64,000 nucleotides of DNA from Nibricoccus sp. (GCA_047602425.1 JASGHG010000001.1:3648001-3712000), one strand, 5' to 3'; positions 9,885 to 20,572 are shown, numbered from the stretch's first letter. The notes: a model not told the origin generated them from the letters alone. A program made the numbers and translations.

Positions 9885-11834
9885 TTAGTGTTTGGCGGAG
9901 GAATATGGATCGGCTTTTTCGCTTTCCGGATGCACATGATAACCGCCCGGCGCTTCGTGGGACCAGAGGTAGGCGCCGAGGAACGTCAGTCCGCCGCCGC
10001 AAATCGCGCCGATGTAATTGTGATGCGCCAGAAACAGGCCGCCGACGAGCATGCCGATGGCGGTGAGCAGCGGGAACCATGACTGGCTCGGCATGTGGAT
10101 GCCGCCGTGCTCGGACTCGGCCTTCGCGTGCTGAAGCGTTTCCTTGGCGATTTCCTCGCGGTTATGTTTCTCGTACCAAAAGGCGTCACGGGTGTGGACG
10201 GTGGGAGTGACGGCAAAATTATATTCAGGAGGCGGATTCGGAATGGCCCATTCCAGCGTGCGGCCATCCCAGGGATCGCGGCCGGATTTTTCGCCCTTGA
10301 AGTAGGTGTAGATCATCGTGGCGAAATAGATCGCGATACCGATGCCAAGGATGAAGGCGCCGACCGTGGCGATGAAGTTGGCCTGGTTCCATCCCATGTT
10401 GCCGTCGTACACGGCGGTCCGGCGCGGCATGCCGTTGAGGCCGAGGAAGTGCATGGGGAAGAACGTGGTGTTGAAGCCGACGAAGATGACCCAGAAGGAA
10501 AGTTTACCCCAGAACTCGGAAACCTTGCGGCCGAACATCAACGGGAACCAATAGTGAATGCCGGCGAGCAGCGCAAAAACCGAACCACCGATGAGAACGT
10601 AATGGAAATGGGCGACGACGAAGTAGCTGTCCTGTTGTTGTGCGTCGGCCGGGGCGGCCGAGTGCATGATGCCGGAAAAACCGCCCATCATGAACATCCA
10701 GATGAAGCCGAGGGCGAACATCATGGGCGTGCGCATCTGAAGATGGCCGCCCCACAGGGTGCCGATCCAGTTGAAGATTTTCACGCCGGTCGGAACCGCG
10801 ATGGCCATCGTCATGAGCGAAAAGGCCGCGGTGGCGACCGTGCCCATGCCGGTGGTGAACATGTGATGGCTCCAAACGCCGAAACCGAGGAAGCCGATGC
10901 AGGCGCCCGAGAAAACGACGATGGGGTAACCGAAGAGCGGCTTGCGCGAGAAGGTCGGGAGGATTTCCGAAATGACGCCCATCGCGGGGAGAATCAAAAT
11001 GTAGACTTCAGGGTGTCCGAAAACCCAGAAGAGATGCTGCCAAAGGATCGGGAGGCCGCCGGTCGACGCTTCGAAGAAACTGGTGGAGAAATTGCGGTCC
11101 ATCATCAACTCGACGAGCGCAATGGTGATCGCGGGAAACGACAGCACGATGAGGAAGGCGGTGATGAGCGTCATCCAGGTGAAAACCGGCAGGCGCATCA
11201 TCGTCATGCCCGGGGCGCGGAGATTGATGATCGTGACAATGAAATTGAGCGAGCCGACGACCGAAGAGACGCCGAGGATCTGCAGGCCCATGACCCAGAG
11301 ATCGGTCGAAACGTCGGTGGCAAACTGATTGGAAAACGCCTTCGAAGTGAGCGGCGCATAGCCGAACCAACCGACGTCGGGCGAGCCGGCTTTGACGAAC
11401 CAGCCGACATTGAGAATGATGGCGCCGGCGAGAAACACCCAGAAGGCGAAGCCGTTGAGCCGGGGGAAAGCCACGTCGCGCGCGCCGATTTGCAGCGGCA
11501 TGATGTAATTGAAGAACGCGGCCGAGAGCGGCATGACAGCGAGGAAGATCATCGTCGTCGCGTGCATCGTGAAGAGCTCGTTGTAGAGCTGGTGCGAAAC
11601 AAAAGTGTTGTTGGGCACCGCGAGCTGGATGCGGATCATCAGCGCTTCAACGCCGCCGACGAGGAAGAAGAACAGGGCGGAGATGCCGTACATGAGCCCG
11701 ATGCGCTTGTGGTCGACAGTGGTCAGCCAGCTGACGATTCCCGTTTTGGCCGTGGGGCGGTTGAAAAACCACGGGCGTTTTTCGGCCGTGTGGGCGTCGT
11801 GATGGGCGGGAGCGGTGGGCGCGATGGTATCCAT
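9885..11834 (-). CDS. ctaD: Cytochrome c oxidase subunit I (A1-type)
   Basis: TVDHKRIG, FGHPEVY, WSHHMF, AHFHY, GMPRR. Confidence 0.98.
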   Translation of the reverse strand: MDTIAPTAPAHHDAHTAEKRPWFFNRPTAKTGIVSWLTTVDHKRIGLMYGISALFFFLVGGVEALMIRIQLAVPNNTFVSHQLYNELFTMHATTMIFLAVMPLSAAFFNYIMPLQIGARDVAFPRLNGFAFWVFLAGAIILNVGWFVKAGSPDVGWFGYAPLTSKAFSNQFATDVSTDLWVMGLQILGVSSVVGSLNFIVTIINLRAPGMTMMRLPVFTWMTLITAFLIVLSFPAITIALVELMMDRNFSTSFFEASTGGLPILWQHLFWVFGHPEVYILILPAMGVISEILPTFSRKPLFGYPIVVFSGACIGFLGFGVWSHHMFTTGMGTVATAAFSLMTMAIAVPTGVKIFNWIGTLWGGHLQMRTPMMFALGFIWMFMMGGFSGIMHSAAPADAQQQDSYFVVAHFHYVLIGGSVFALLAGIHYWFPLMFGRKVSEFWGKLSFWVIFVGFNTTFFPMHFLGLNGMPRRTAVYDGNMGWNQANFIATVGAFILGIGIAIYFATMIYTYFKGEKSGRDPWDGRTLEWAIPNPPPEYNFAVTPTVHTRDAFWYEKHNREEIAKETLQHAKAESEHGGIHMPSQSWFPLLTAIGMLVGGLFLAHHNYIGAICGGGLTFLGAYLWSHEAPGGYHVHPESEKADPYSSAKH

Positions 11835-11895
11835 GAACGGGCTAAAATTAGATCAGGCGACTGGGTGGCGAAGGGCGTGAGATGGCGACGCCGGA

Positions 11896-13182
11896 TTATT
11901 TGAGGCTTTGCAGATAGGCGACGAGCGCGGTGGCCTCGGTCTCGTCGATCTTGATGTTGGGGGAGAGATGGCCGGTGTTGATATCGCGCTTCATATAGCC
12001 GGTCATTACCGAGCCGCCCATGGGGACGCCGACGTACATCTTGTTGTTGGGTTTCACGCCGTTCGGGTCGGTGATCCAGCGACGGAGATTGTCGGGATTG
12101 TTTTCGAGCAGGCCGGCTGCGATCGTGGTGCGCGCGCCGACGTGCGTGAGGTCGGGTGCGGTGGTGCCGGCGCCGTCGTGGCCGCGAACGGTGTGGCAGC
12201 TGACGCAGGTTTTTTCGGTGAAAAGTTTCCGTCCGCGGGCGATGAGCGCCGGATCCTCGTTTTTCGCGGGGAATTGCTGCTGGCGCCAGTTATCGAACGG
12301 GCTGGCGTCGAACTGTTCGCTCCAGCCAGGCGCGTTGCGACGGAAGGAAAGGGAGGCGGGCTGGATCTTGAGGGTTTCGGTGGAAGCGGCCGCGGCGACG
12401 TTGCGGGCTGGCTGTTTTTGTTGGTTGAGCCAGTCGGCAAATTCCTTCGGGTCGAGGGCGATCACGCGGAAACGCATGACGGCATGGTCCTCGCCGCAGA
12501 ATTCGGCGCATTGTCCCCAGAAGTAGCCGGGCTGGTCGGCCTTCAGCCAGAGGTGGTTGCCGCGGTTAGGGATCATGTCGACCTTGCCGGCGAGCTTGGG
12601 GACCCAGAAACTATGAATCACGTCCGAGGTACGCAGATTGACGCGGACGGGGCGGCCGGCGGGTATGACCAGTTCGTTGGCTGCGACGAGTTGACCGGCG
12701 CCGTCGATCTTTTCGTTGGGATATTCGAAGCGAAACCACCATTGCAGGCCCGTGGCATTGACCTCGTACATGTTGGCCTTTTCCTCCTCGGGCACATCGT
12801 AGGTGTACCAAATCGCATGCAACGTGGGCACGGCGATGATCACCAAGGCGAAGATGGACGCGCCAATCAGGCTGAGCTCGATGAGGGGATTGCCGTGGCT
12901 CTGTGCGGGTGGTTCGGCATGTTCGTCGGCCGCGTTGCGCGCGCGGAATTTCAACGTCGCATAGGCCAGCACGCCTGCCACGAGCACAAAAATGATCCCG
13001 GTGACCCAGACCGTGGTGTAGAAAACCTGTAGCTGCGACTTGGCCACCGGGCCATGGGTGTCGAAGGTGGACTGCGGGCCTTGGATCCAGGACCAGCCGC
13101 CGAGCAGAAGCGGCGAAAGGCCAACCAAGGCAATTTGGCAAAGACGACGAAGCGAATGACGCGTGGAAGCGAACAGACTCAT
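11896..13182 (-). CDS. ctaC: Cytochrome c oxidase subunit II with fused cytochrome c (caa3-type)
   Basis: DVIHSFWVP, CuA motif CAEFCGEDHAVM, heme c motif CVSCH. Confidence 0.96.
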   Translation of the reverse strand: MSLFASTRHSLRRLCQIALVGLSPLLLGGWSWIQGPQSTFDTHGPVAKSQLQVFYTTVWVTGIIFVLVAGVLAYATLKFRARNAADEHAEPPAQSHGNPLIELSLIGASIFALVIIAVPTLHAIWYTYDVPEEEKANMYEVNATGLQWWFRFEYPNEKIDGAGQLVAANELVIPAGRPVRVNLRTSDVIHSFWVPKLAGKVDMIPNRGNHLWLKADQPGYFWGQCAEFCGEDHAVMRFRVIALDPKEFADWLNQQKQPARNVAAAASTETLKIQPASLSFRRNAPGWSEQFDASPFDNWRQQQFPAKNEDPALIARGRKLFTEKTCVSCHTVRGHDGAGTTAPDLTHVGARTTIAAGLLENNPDNLRRWITDPNGVKPNNKMYVGVPMGGSVMTGYMKRDINTGHLSPNIKIDETEATALVAYLQSLK

Positions 13183-13345
13183 GAGAAAATTAGGCGTCGG
13201 GAACGGTGGTGTGGGGGTGGTGGTTACAGCGTTTTCAGAGCTCGGTCTATTTCAACTACTAAAGTCCGCCATAAGCCGATCTGATCTAGATTTGCGCCGA
13301 GTGTTAGCGTTGATTGTGGCGAAGCGCGAAAAATCGGGAGGCGCG

Positions 13346-13786
13346 TCACGGCGCGGGCCACCAATGGTAGAGGAAAAAGTAGACCAGCACGCCCGTAACC
13401 GAAACGTAGTACCAGAGCGGAAAGGTCCAACGCGCCCATTTGCGATGCGTCTCGAACCGGCCTTTCAATGCGAGGAAAACGGTTCGCAAAACCAGCGGCA
13501 CAATCGCCATGGCGAGGACGATGTGCGAGAGCAGCATCGTGAAATAAACCGTGCGGATTACCCCGGTTCCGCCGAAGCGCGTGGGTTCGCCTTTCTGCAC
13601 GTGATAGATCACGTAGCTGACGAGAAAAACCGTCGAAACGATCACAGCCCCAAGCATGCAGGCGCGATGAGCCGCGATCCGGCGGGTGCGAATGAAAGCA
13701 TAGCCAGCCGTCATGAACAGAGCCGACGTGGCGTTGAGACTGGCATTGAGCGCCGGAAAATCCTGGATCGTCATTTCAGCCAGCAT
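13346..13786 (-). CDS. DUF420 family membrane protein (CtaM-like)
   Basis: LNASLNATS...HRACM...HIVLA...HRKWARWTFPLWYYVSVTG; ATG overlaps ctaB TGA. Confidence 0.88.
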   Translation of the reverse strand: MLAEMTIQDFPALNASLNATSALFMTAGYAFIRTRRIAAHRACMLGAVIVSTVFLVSYVIYHVQKGEPTRFGGTGVIRTVYFTMLLSHIVLAMAIVPLVLRTVFLALKGRFETHRKWARWTFPLWYYVSVTGVLVYFFLYHWWPAP

Positions 13787-14703
13787 CAGCTCAACAACCA
13801 GCGATCGGCCACGAGCGCTGCGAGTTGCAGCGGCAGCCAGATGATCGACGCAAAAAACAGACTGCGCGCGGTTTTTTCGCGTGACGAAGCGCGGAGGAAC
13901 GCTCCGGCTTTGTACACGAACCAGACGCCAAGGATAATAGAAACGCCCAAGTACCAACGACTGGCCAGGCCGAACAAGAACGGCGAGATCGCAGCACCGA
14001 CGGCGAGAGTGGTGTGCAACAGCGACCAGCGTGCCACCAACCGGCCGCTGGCGTCGCGCACGGGCAACATTGGAAAGTTGACCGCCTCGTAATCACGACG
14101 GTAGGTCCACGCGATCGCCATGAAGTGGGGGATTTGCCAGAAAAGCAGCACGCCAAACAGAATCCAGCCCAAGGGCTCGATCGGACCCGTCGCGGCCGCC
14201 GAACCGATCAACGGAGGAAATGCGCCGGCGACAGCCCCGATCTCGGTGGACCAGCGCGACCAGCGTTTGGCCGGCGTGTAGAGCGCGAGATACGAAACCA
14301 TGGTGGCAAGAGCGAAGAAGGCGGAAAGGCCATTGACCTTGGCGAAAAGGAGGCCGAGCCCGGCGACGCAAAGAGCCCAGCCGAGCACGAACGCTGCACC
14401 GGTGTTGACGCGGCCCGACGGAATCGGTCGGTCGGCGGTGCGTTTCATCAACGCGTCGGTGTCGCGTTCCATCCATTGGTTAAGTGAGGCGACCCCGGCG
14501 GCGGCGAACGACGTGCCGATCAGCATCGGAATGAAAACCACCAAATCGCACGAGCGGTGGGCGGCGAAATAGCCCACGACCGCCGTTATCACCGAAAGTA
14601 AACTCAGGCGTGGCTTGGTAAGCTCAAGATAGTCGCGAAAAGTGGCTCTGGGCGTTGTTTCGGCCAGACTGGGCGAAGGAAGCGGGAGCGCAACGGGGTT
14701 CAT
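13786..14703 (-). CDS. ctaB: Heme O synthase (protoheme IX farnesyltransferase)
   Basis: LTKPRL, NQWMERDTDALMKRTADRPIPSG, YTPAKR, WQIPHF. Confidence 0.96.
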   Translation of the reverse strand: MNPVALPLPSPSLAETTPRATFRDYLELTKPRLSLLSVITAVVGYFAAHRSCDLVVFIPMLIGTSFAAAGVASLNQWMERDTDALMKRTADRPIPSGRVNTGAAFVLGWALCVAGLGLLFAKVNGLSAFFALATMVSYLALYTPAKRWSRWSTEIGAVAGAFPPLIGSAAATGPIEPLGWILFGVLLFWQIPHFMAIAWTYRRDYEAVNFPMLPVRDASGRLVARWSLLHTTLAVGAAISPFLFGLASRWYLGVSIILGVWFVYKAGAFLRASSREKTARSLFFASIIWLPLQLAALVADRWLLS

Positions 14704-15743
14704 GCGTGCTGATTGGCTGGAATCTGCGATGAGGAAAGTTTTTCGGCCACGATCGCGAACGCCTGTTTTTCAATGGCGTCCCGATGCAAGTACCAAGTAA
14801 TGAGGAATGTGGCGGCGAGCAAACTGGCCCCGACGATCACATGGGCGGTCGTGGTGTGCGGTTGACGCCCCGTCAGGACTACGGCGGCGCCGAGTGCGAT
14901 TTGAGCCACGAGGAGAACGATCAGCAGCACGGCGCCGTTTTTCATTTTGCGGGAAAGCCCTGCGGATCTCAGCAGCGCGGCTGAAAACCAAACAATGGCG
15001 ACCGCGAGAACCACAGCTGTGACGCGATGGGCGAAATGGATGCCTACGCGAAAATTCCACTCGGCGGGCAGCCAGCCGCCTTCCGGTGTGCTTTGTGGAA
15101 AAGACGGGATGGCGAGACCCGCGAAGCTGTGCCGCATGACGGCGGCGATGGCGAGTTGGAGCAAGAGCAGGGCGCAGCAGACGATTCCGAGAGTCCGCAA
15201 TGCCGGGGAGAAATTCTTTTTGTCGGCGGGGGCAGGTTCGACCCAGGACCGTGAGCAACCGGCAGCGATCGCCACGAGCGTACAGACGAAGATTTGCGCG
15301 AGACAGGCATGCGCCATGGCGAAAAGCCGGCCCACGCTGGTCTCGATCATTTCCACGTGCTGCTTTTCGAGCAGCACGCGCAGCCCGCCGACGAAGGCTT
15401 GCACGAAAATCAGGATCACGGCCACGGTCGCGGCGCGGCGCAGCCAACGACGTTCCTCGGTGCGCCAGACGGCCACAGCGATCGCGATGGTGATCATCGT
15501 CATCAATCCCGCGCTCAACCGGTGCGAGTGTTCCGCAAACATGGCGATGTTGCCGAGCCAGCCGGCCGGGTTGAGGGAACCATTGGACAGAGGCCAATCG
15601 GGGAAAACCATGCCCGCGCCAATGCTCGTCGTAAATGCGCCAAGCGTGACCAGCACGAACACCCAGGCGCTGCCCAACGTCGCAAACCAGGCTAGGCCGG
15701 GTTTGTATGAGCTGGTACGGTTTGACGCGGAAGCGGGGACCAT
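14700..15743 (-). CDS. ctaA: Heme A synthase (COX15/CtaA)
   Basis: GAGMVFPDWP, EHSHR, HACLAQ, HFAHR. Confidence 0.9.
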   Translation of the reverse strand: MVPASASNRTSSYKPGLAWFATLGSAWVFVLVTLGAFTTSIGAGMVFPDWPLSNGSLNPAGWLGNIAMFAEHSHRLSAGLMTMITIAIAVAVWRTEERRWLRRAATVAVILIFVQAFVGGLRVLLEKQHVEMIETSVGRLFAMAHACLAQIFVCTLVAIAAGCSRSWVEPAPADKKNFSPALRTLGIVCCALLLLQLAIAAVMRHSFAGLAIPSFPQSTPEGGWLPAEWNFRVGIHFAHRVTAVVLAVAIVWFSAALLRSAGLSRKMKNGAVLLIVLLVAQIALGAAVVLTGRQPHTTTAHVIVGASLLAATFLITWYLHRDAIEKQAFAIVAEKLSSSQIPANQHA

Positions 15744-15799
15744 GGGTTGCGAAACGAAGCGGTCTGCATACGATCCGCAAATTCCGAGGTCATTTTTCC

Positions 15800-16729
15800 A
15801 TGTCCAAACCCGTTGTTCGTAACAAAACTTATCTCAGGCTCACACTGCTAGTGAATCTTTTACTGGCGATCCTGCTGAGCCCGGGTTGTGCGAAGAAAAA
15901 TGACCAAGCCGCTGATTCGGCAAAAAGCGAACCGACGCAAAAACGCTATCCATTGACGGGCGAAGTGCTTGCCATCGACAATGCCGCCAAGACCCTTCGT
16001 GTGCGCCACGATGAAATCAAAGGACTTATGCCGGCCATGACCATGGACTTCGACGTTTCGGCGGGGGATCTGGCGATCGCGACTCCGGGCCGCCGAATTC
16101 GAGCCGAACTTGTGGAAATCGGCCAAGGGGAATTCAAATTGGAGAAAATCTGGCCGGCCGATGCGGCGGAAAAAGCCATCATCGACAGCGCGGCGAACGC
16201 CCTCGGTCAGGAAACAGTGATCCGGGGAAAAAAAGCCTACCGCGAAGTGGGCGAGCAGGTGCCGGAATTTGCGCTCTACGACCAAACCGGACGCGTGGTG
16301 AAAAGTGAGCGCTTTCGCGGCAAGCAGATCATGCTCAACTTCATTTTTACGCGATGCCAGGTCGCAAAAATGTGTCCGGCCGCCGTCGCGCGTTTTCAAC
16401 AATTGCAGCAACTTGCGCGCGATGCAGGGGTGGCGAACCTGGAGTTGATTTCGATTTCCCTCGATCCAGCCAACGACACACCCGGCGTGCTCAAGCAATA
16501 CGCCTTGGAGCGGCAAATCGATACGAGCAACTACACCTTTCTTACCGGCCCGGAAGCCTCGATCAAGAGCCTGCTCGCCCAATTCGGTGTGTTGGCCGAA
16601 TTTAAGGACAACATCCTGAACCACACCGCCACAACCTTGCTGATCGATGCGTCGGGTAAAATCGTGCACCGCGCGGACGGCAGCATGTGGGACGTGCAGG
16701 AATTTCTGGGTAAATTGAGAAAAACGTGA
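15800..16729 (+). CDS. SCO family lipoprotein with N-terminal CusF-like copper-binding domain
   Basis: Lipobox-like SPGC; HDEIKGLMPAMTMDF (CusF-like); FIFTRCQVAKMCP, ISLDP, NHT (SCO). Confidence 0.85.
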   Translation: MSKPVVRNKTYLRLTLLVNLLLAILLSPGCAKKNDQAADSAKSEPTQKRYPLTGEVLAIDNAAKTLRVRHDEIKGLMPAMTMDFDVSAGDLAIATPGRRIRAELVEIGQGEFKLEKIWPADAAEKAIIDSAANALGQETVIRGKKAYREVGEQVPEFALYDQTGRVVKSERFRGKQIMLNFIFTRCQVAKMCPAAVARFQQLQQLARDAGVANLELISISLDPANDTPGVLKQYALERQIDTSNYTFLTGPEASIKSLLAQFGVLAEFKDNILNHTATTLLIDASGKIVHRADGSMWDVQEFLGKLRKT

Positions 16730-17685
16730 TCGCTCCCGAGCCAGGCCCATACACCAGCGCGGCAAAATCCACCTCGCGAATCCACTGGCGGCAAGTCGGG
16801 TGGATTACGCTCGCGGCCATTGTTCTCTATATTGTGGTTCGGCATTTGCCAACGGGGACGAACCTGAGCCACATGGATTTTCGCCCGGGCGGAAGCAGCG
16901 TGGAATTTTGCGACCCGGCGAATCCCCAGTTCATGCCGGTGACGACCGTGCGCTCTCCGGTTGCCATGGTTTTTACCGGTGACGAAGTGTTCGCGGCGCG
17001 GTCGGCGCATCTTGCGCTCGCCATGAAAACGGCAACTGGAAAGCCGGTTGGCCCTGACGACTTGTTGGTCGTGCACACGCAGAAACTGCATTTGATGATC
17101 GTGGATCCAACGCTTACCGACTACCAGCACCTGCATCCGCTGGCGGGAAAGAAGCCCGGCGAATGGCTCGTGGAATTCACACCGAAACGAGCCGGACTTT
17201 ATCGCGCATTTGCCGATTTCACTCCTGCCGCAACCGCGCGCGGTCTTTATGCGAGCGCGGATATTTTAGTGAAGGACTCATCCGCTGTACCGCGGGCGAA
17301 TGACGAAACGCCGACGGTGGCCGGGCCTGACGGAAGTATTCTGCGTGAAGGATTTCGTTTCACTCTTCAACCGCGCGAAAATCCGATGCGAGCGGGGAAG
17401 GTGCTCGATCTTACGTTTTCGGTAAAGCGTGAAGACGGAGCGGCGGTGCCGCTTCAGACCATCATGGGAGCCTTCGCTCATTTAGTCGCCTTTGACCAGG
17501 AACGCGGAGGTTTTGCACACCTGCATCCCAATGAAATCGATCTTGCCCAAAAGCCCGATGCGGTGCGTCCGACACTGAGCTTTAAGGTGACAATCCCCAA
17601 GGCCGGGCGCTACGTTGTTTGGGCGCAAGTGAATCTCGCGGGACAGGATACGGCGGTGCCTTTTTGGCTGGACGTGCAGCCTTGA
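16726..17685 (+). CDS. Putative exported heavy-metal-binding protein
   Basis: N-terminal TM; duplicated His motifs LHLMIVD...YQHLHP and AHLVAF...FAHLHP; overlaps SCO gene. Confidence 0.6.
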   Translation: MIAPEPGPYTSAAKSTSRIHWRQVGWITLAAIVLYIVVRHLPTGTNLSHMDFRPGGSSVEFCDPANPQFMPVTTVRSPVAMVFTGDEVFAARSAHLALAMKTATGKPVGPDDLLVVHTQKLHLMIVDPTLTDYQHLHPLAGKKPGEWLVEFTPKRAGLYRAFADFTPAATARGLYASADILVKDSSAVPRANDETPTVAGPDGSILREGFRFTLQPRENPMRAGKVLDLTFSVKREDGAAVPLQTIMGAFAHLVAFDQERGGFAHLHPNEIDLAQKPDAVRPTLSFKVTIPKAGRYVVWAQVNLAGQDTAVPFWLDVQP

Positions 17686-17712
17686 CGGCGCGCGTAGGAA
17701 GCCGGGCGGGTG

Positions 17713-18399
17713 TTAGTTCTTTTTGGCGCTTCCGATGGTGAGCGTGTAAGGAATGAAAACGGCAATTTGCTCGTTGTTGATTGGACGTTGTTCGACCCGA
17801 TTTTCGAGACCGCCAAAGGTGACATCGGAATCGTTGAAAAGTTTTTTCAGTTTCGCGGCGTCGGCTGCGATCGCTTCGAGGACGGCGGTGCGCAAACTAT
17901 CGACGTCATTGACTTCGATCTGCATCGAATCGATCCGGACCGCCACGTCCGCAGGAAGTTTTAAGGCCCCGATCAAATTGCGGAGAACCTCGGCTGCTTC
18001 GGGCGCATTTTTACTGGTCGCGAGTGGATGGAGCAGCTTGAGATCGGAGCCGCTGCGTTGGGTATTGAATCTACCGGCCGCGTAGCTTGATGCGAACATG
18101 CTGGGTTCGCCGCCGCCGAAAAACATGCGTTCGTCTTTGATTTTGAGTGCGGGATTCTTGGCCACGGCGTTGCGGAGGACCTGAAGTCCCCTGGCAAAAT
18201 CGGCGGCCTGCTCCGCCGGGTTCCGCTTCGAAGCGGCGATGGTAATGTTGGCGACGAGAACGTCAGCCTCCTTAACGAGATGGACGGCGGGCGGCTCCGC
18301 GGGCGGTGGCATTTTCAAGCCCCAGAATGGATATTCCTGGGCCTGGGCGATGGACGAAACGACAACGAGGGCGAGAAAAGGAAGGAATGGGTTTTTCAC
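17713..18399 (-). CDS. Exported hypothetical protein (possibly SIMPL/DUF541-like)
   Basis: Signal peptide MKNPFLPFLALVVVSSIAQA; weak resemblance to SIMPL architecture. Confidence 0.55.
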   Translation of the reverse strand: MKNPFLPFLALVVVSSIAQAQEYPFWGLKMPPPAEPPAVHLVKEADVLVANITIAASKRNPAEQAADFARGLQVLRNAVAKNPALKIKDERMFFGGGEPSMFASSYAAGRFNTQRSGSDLKLLHPLATSKNAPEAAEVLRNLIGALKLPADVAVRIDSMQIEVNDVDSLRTAVLEAIAADAAKLKKLFNDSDVTFGGLENRVEQRPINNEQIAVFIPYTLTIGSAKKN

Positions 18400-18454
18400 G
18401 GGTTTTCAGGAAGTTTGACGAACGGGGTGAGTGACTCGACTCTGCTGTGACACC

Positions 18455-20488
18455 ATGGACAACGCAATGATCCCTCCAACAACCGAACCCGGTCTCCAGG
18501 CGGATCAGCGGTTGGTGGATCGTGGATGGTTGCGGATCGGCGCCGGCGCGGCAATCGCAGCCCAAGCGATGGTCTTCAGCCTCGCGGTGAACTTGTCGGA
18601 AATCGCAGGCTGGGCCTATGCCGTGGTACATGGGATTTTGATTTTATCCGCGATTGCTGCACTCGCGTTTCTCGGTGGCGACTTGGTGCGCTCGGCGTGG
18701 GACTCGGTACGCGAACGCAAAGTGAGCATCGATCTTTTGTTTTTGGTGACCCTTGCGGGAGCTCTGGCAGGATCGCTGATCAGCACCTTTACCCAGGCGG
18801 GCTCGGTTTACTACGAAGTCGTGGCAATCTTGATCGTGGTCCATACGACCGGAAAAATGCTGGGCGCGCGTAGCCGGGTGGCGGCGCTGCGGGCAGTGGA
18901 CGAAACCCGGGAAAAATTCGAATATTGCGACGTAGTTCAGGCGGATGGTTCGGTTGCAAGCGCAAAGGCGGGACAGGTCGCTGCCGACGCGCTCGTGCGG
19001 ACGGCGCCGGGCGCACCGATTGCGGTGGACGGCGAGATCGTTACGGGGCGTGGCTACGTGCAGGAAACTTCGATGACCGGCGAGTGGCGGCCGGAGCCGC
19101 GAGGCCCGGGAGACCGTGTCTTGGCGGGAACTTATTCGGTGGACGGCTCTTTCGAAATTCGGGTCGACGGTGGAACGCGGAAACTCGATGCGATTCTTGC
19201 CACCGTGCGTGAAGCGCGGCTGGCGCCATCGAAGCTGCAGCAGCAAGCCGACCGGTTGATGGCGTGGTTTTTGCCCCTGGTGGTTGGCGTGAGCGTGGCC
19301 ACGTTTTTTTGGTGGACGGCGCACGGGCCTTGGGAGCGGGCGCTTTTCAACGCAATGGCGGTTCTATTGGTCGCCTGTCCCTGTGCGATGGGTTTGGCCA
19401 CGCCTGTGGCGGTGTGGGGCGGTTTGGCCCGGCTGGCGAATTTTGGACTCGTGGCACGGACGGGCGATTTTCTCGACGTTCTCGCGCAAGCCGATACGCT
19501 TTATATCGACAAAACGGGCACGCTCTCGGTCGATGCACTCTCGGTGCGCGAGTGGCGGATGGAAACTGGTTTCGGCGAACACACGGATTGGCTGAAAGCC
19601 GCCGTCGGGGAGATCGAGGCCGGTCTGAAGCACCCCGTCGCACAGGCGCTGACGAACGCTTGTCATCCATTAAATGACAAACGATTGGGCGGGACACAGC
19701 CTTCGAACGTCGCGCTGCGGAACAGGCGGATTATTCCCGGGCAAGGCGTCGTGGCCGAGGTTGCGGGTCCTGAGAGAAATTTCGTTTCGCTGGCCGTCGG
19801 TGAACCCGAACTCGCCGCTTCTTCGGGCAACGATGCGCCGGAAAAAATCGGAAACGTTCGTCATTTAATGGATGACAAACGTTCGGGGAAGGCCGTGCGC
19901 GTTTTTATCGATGGGAAGTTGGTTGCTTCGATTATTTTGGAAGAGAAATGGCGGGTGGGGATGGGCGAGGCGTTGGAAAAACTTCGTGGGCAGGGCATCG
20001 CGGTCACGGTATTGAGCGGCGATCCGGGGGCGGGCGAAGTGTTAAGCGGTTTGCCGATTACAGTGCGGGCGGGGCTGACCCCTGCGCAAAAGCTGGCTCA
20101 GGTCGAAGAGGCGGTGCGAAGCGGGCGGACGGTCGTTTATGCGGGCGACGGCATCAACGACGCCGCGGCGATGAGCGCGGCGCACACTTCAGTCGCGATG
20201 CGGAGCGGGGCCGAATTGACGCGCGCGTCGTCGATGGCGGTGTTCGTCGGTGACGACCTGCGATTTTTGCCGCAGGCAATCGAACTGGCCCGGGCGGTGC
20301 GAACGAGTATTCGCAAAAATCTACTTTTCGCCGCGGGCTATAATTTGGTGGGCATGGCATTGGCGGCAGCCGGTCTGCTCCATCCGGTGGCTGCGGCGTT
20401 GCTCATGCTGGGCTCGAGCGTATTTGTCTCTATTGGTGCGTTGCGGTCGGGGCACCTGTTTTCGAATGAAGCGGCGGGCCGTCGTTGA
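18455..20488 (+). CDS. P1B-type heavy-metal (probably Cu+) translocating ATPase
   Basis: TGE, CPC, DKTGT, HP, GDGIND, YN and MLGSS; no N-terminal CxxC domain; start uncertain (18431 or 18455). Confidence 0.92.
   Translation: MDNAMIPPTTEPGLQADQRLVDRGWLRIGAGAAIAAQAMVFSLAVNLSEIAGWAYAVVHGILILSAIAALAFLGGDLVRSAWDSVRERKVSIDLLFLVTLAGALAGSLISTFTQAGSVYYEVVAILIVVHTTGKMLGARSRVAALRAVDETREKFEYCDVVQADGSVASAKAGQVAADALVRTAPGAPIAVDGEIVTGRGYVQETSMTGEWRPEPRGPGDRVLAGTYSVDGSFEIRVDGGTRKLDAILATVREARLAPSKLQQQADRLMAWFLPLVVGVSVATFFWWTAHGPWERALFNAMAVLLVACPCAMGLATPVAVWGGLARLANFGLVARTGDFLDVLAQADTLYIDKTGTLSVDALSVREWRMETGFGEHTDWLKAAVGEIEAGLKHPVAQALTNACHPLNDKRLGGTQPSNVALRNRRIIPGQGVVAEVAGPERNFVSLAVGEPELAASSGNDAPEKIGNVRHLMDDKRSGKAVRVFIDGKLVASIILEEKWRVGMGEALEKLRGQGIAVTVLSGDPGAGEVLSGLPITVRAGLTPAQKLAQVEEAVRSGRTVVYAGDGINDAAAMSAAHTSVAMRSGAELTRASSMAVFVGDDLRFLPQAIELARAVRTSIRKNLLFAAGYNLVGMALAAAGLLHPVAAALLMLGSSVFVSIGALRSGHLFSNEAAGRR
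19660..19878. repeat. Two palindromic TTGTCA-N9-TGACAA-type elements inside the ATPase CDS
   Basis: 19660-19678 TTGTCATCCATTAAATGAC is the exact reverse complement of 19860-19878 GTCATTTAATGGATGACAA. Confidence 0.8.
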
Positions 20489-20572
20489 GCAGTTTGGCGA
20501 TTGCCGCGGCAAAACTAGAGCACACACATAAAACTGTAGCCGTAAACCGGTGTTACAAACCGAGCTGTCTTC

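Noticed and set aside
10095..11903. 602-aa plus-strand ORF and similar long ORFs (11908..13032, 26504..27793, 37028..38317, 42801..43952, 45916..47733)
   Set aside because: Antisense shadows of well-supported GC-rich genes; no recognisable motifs.
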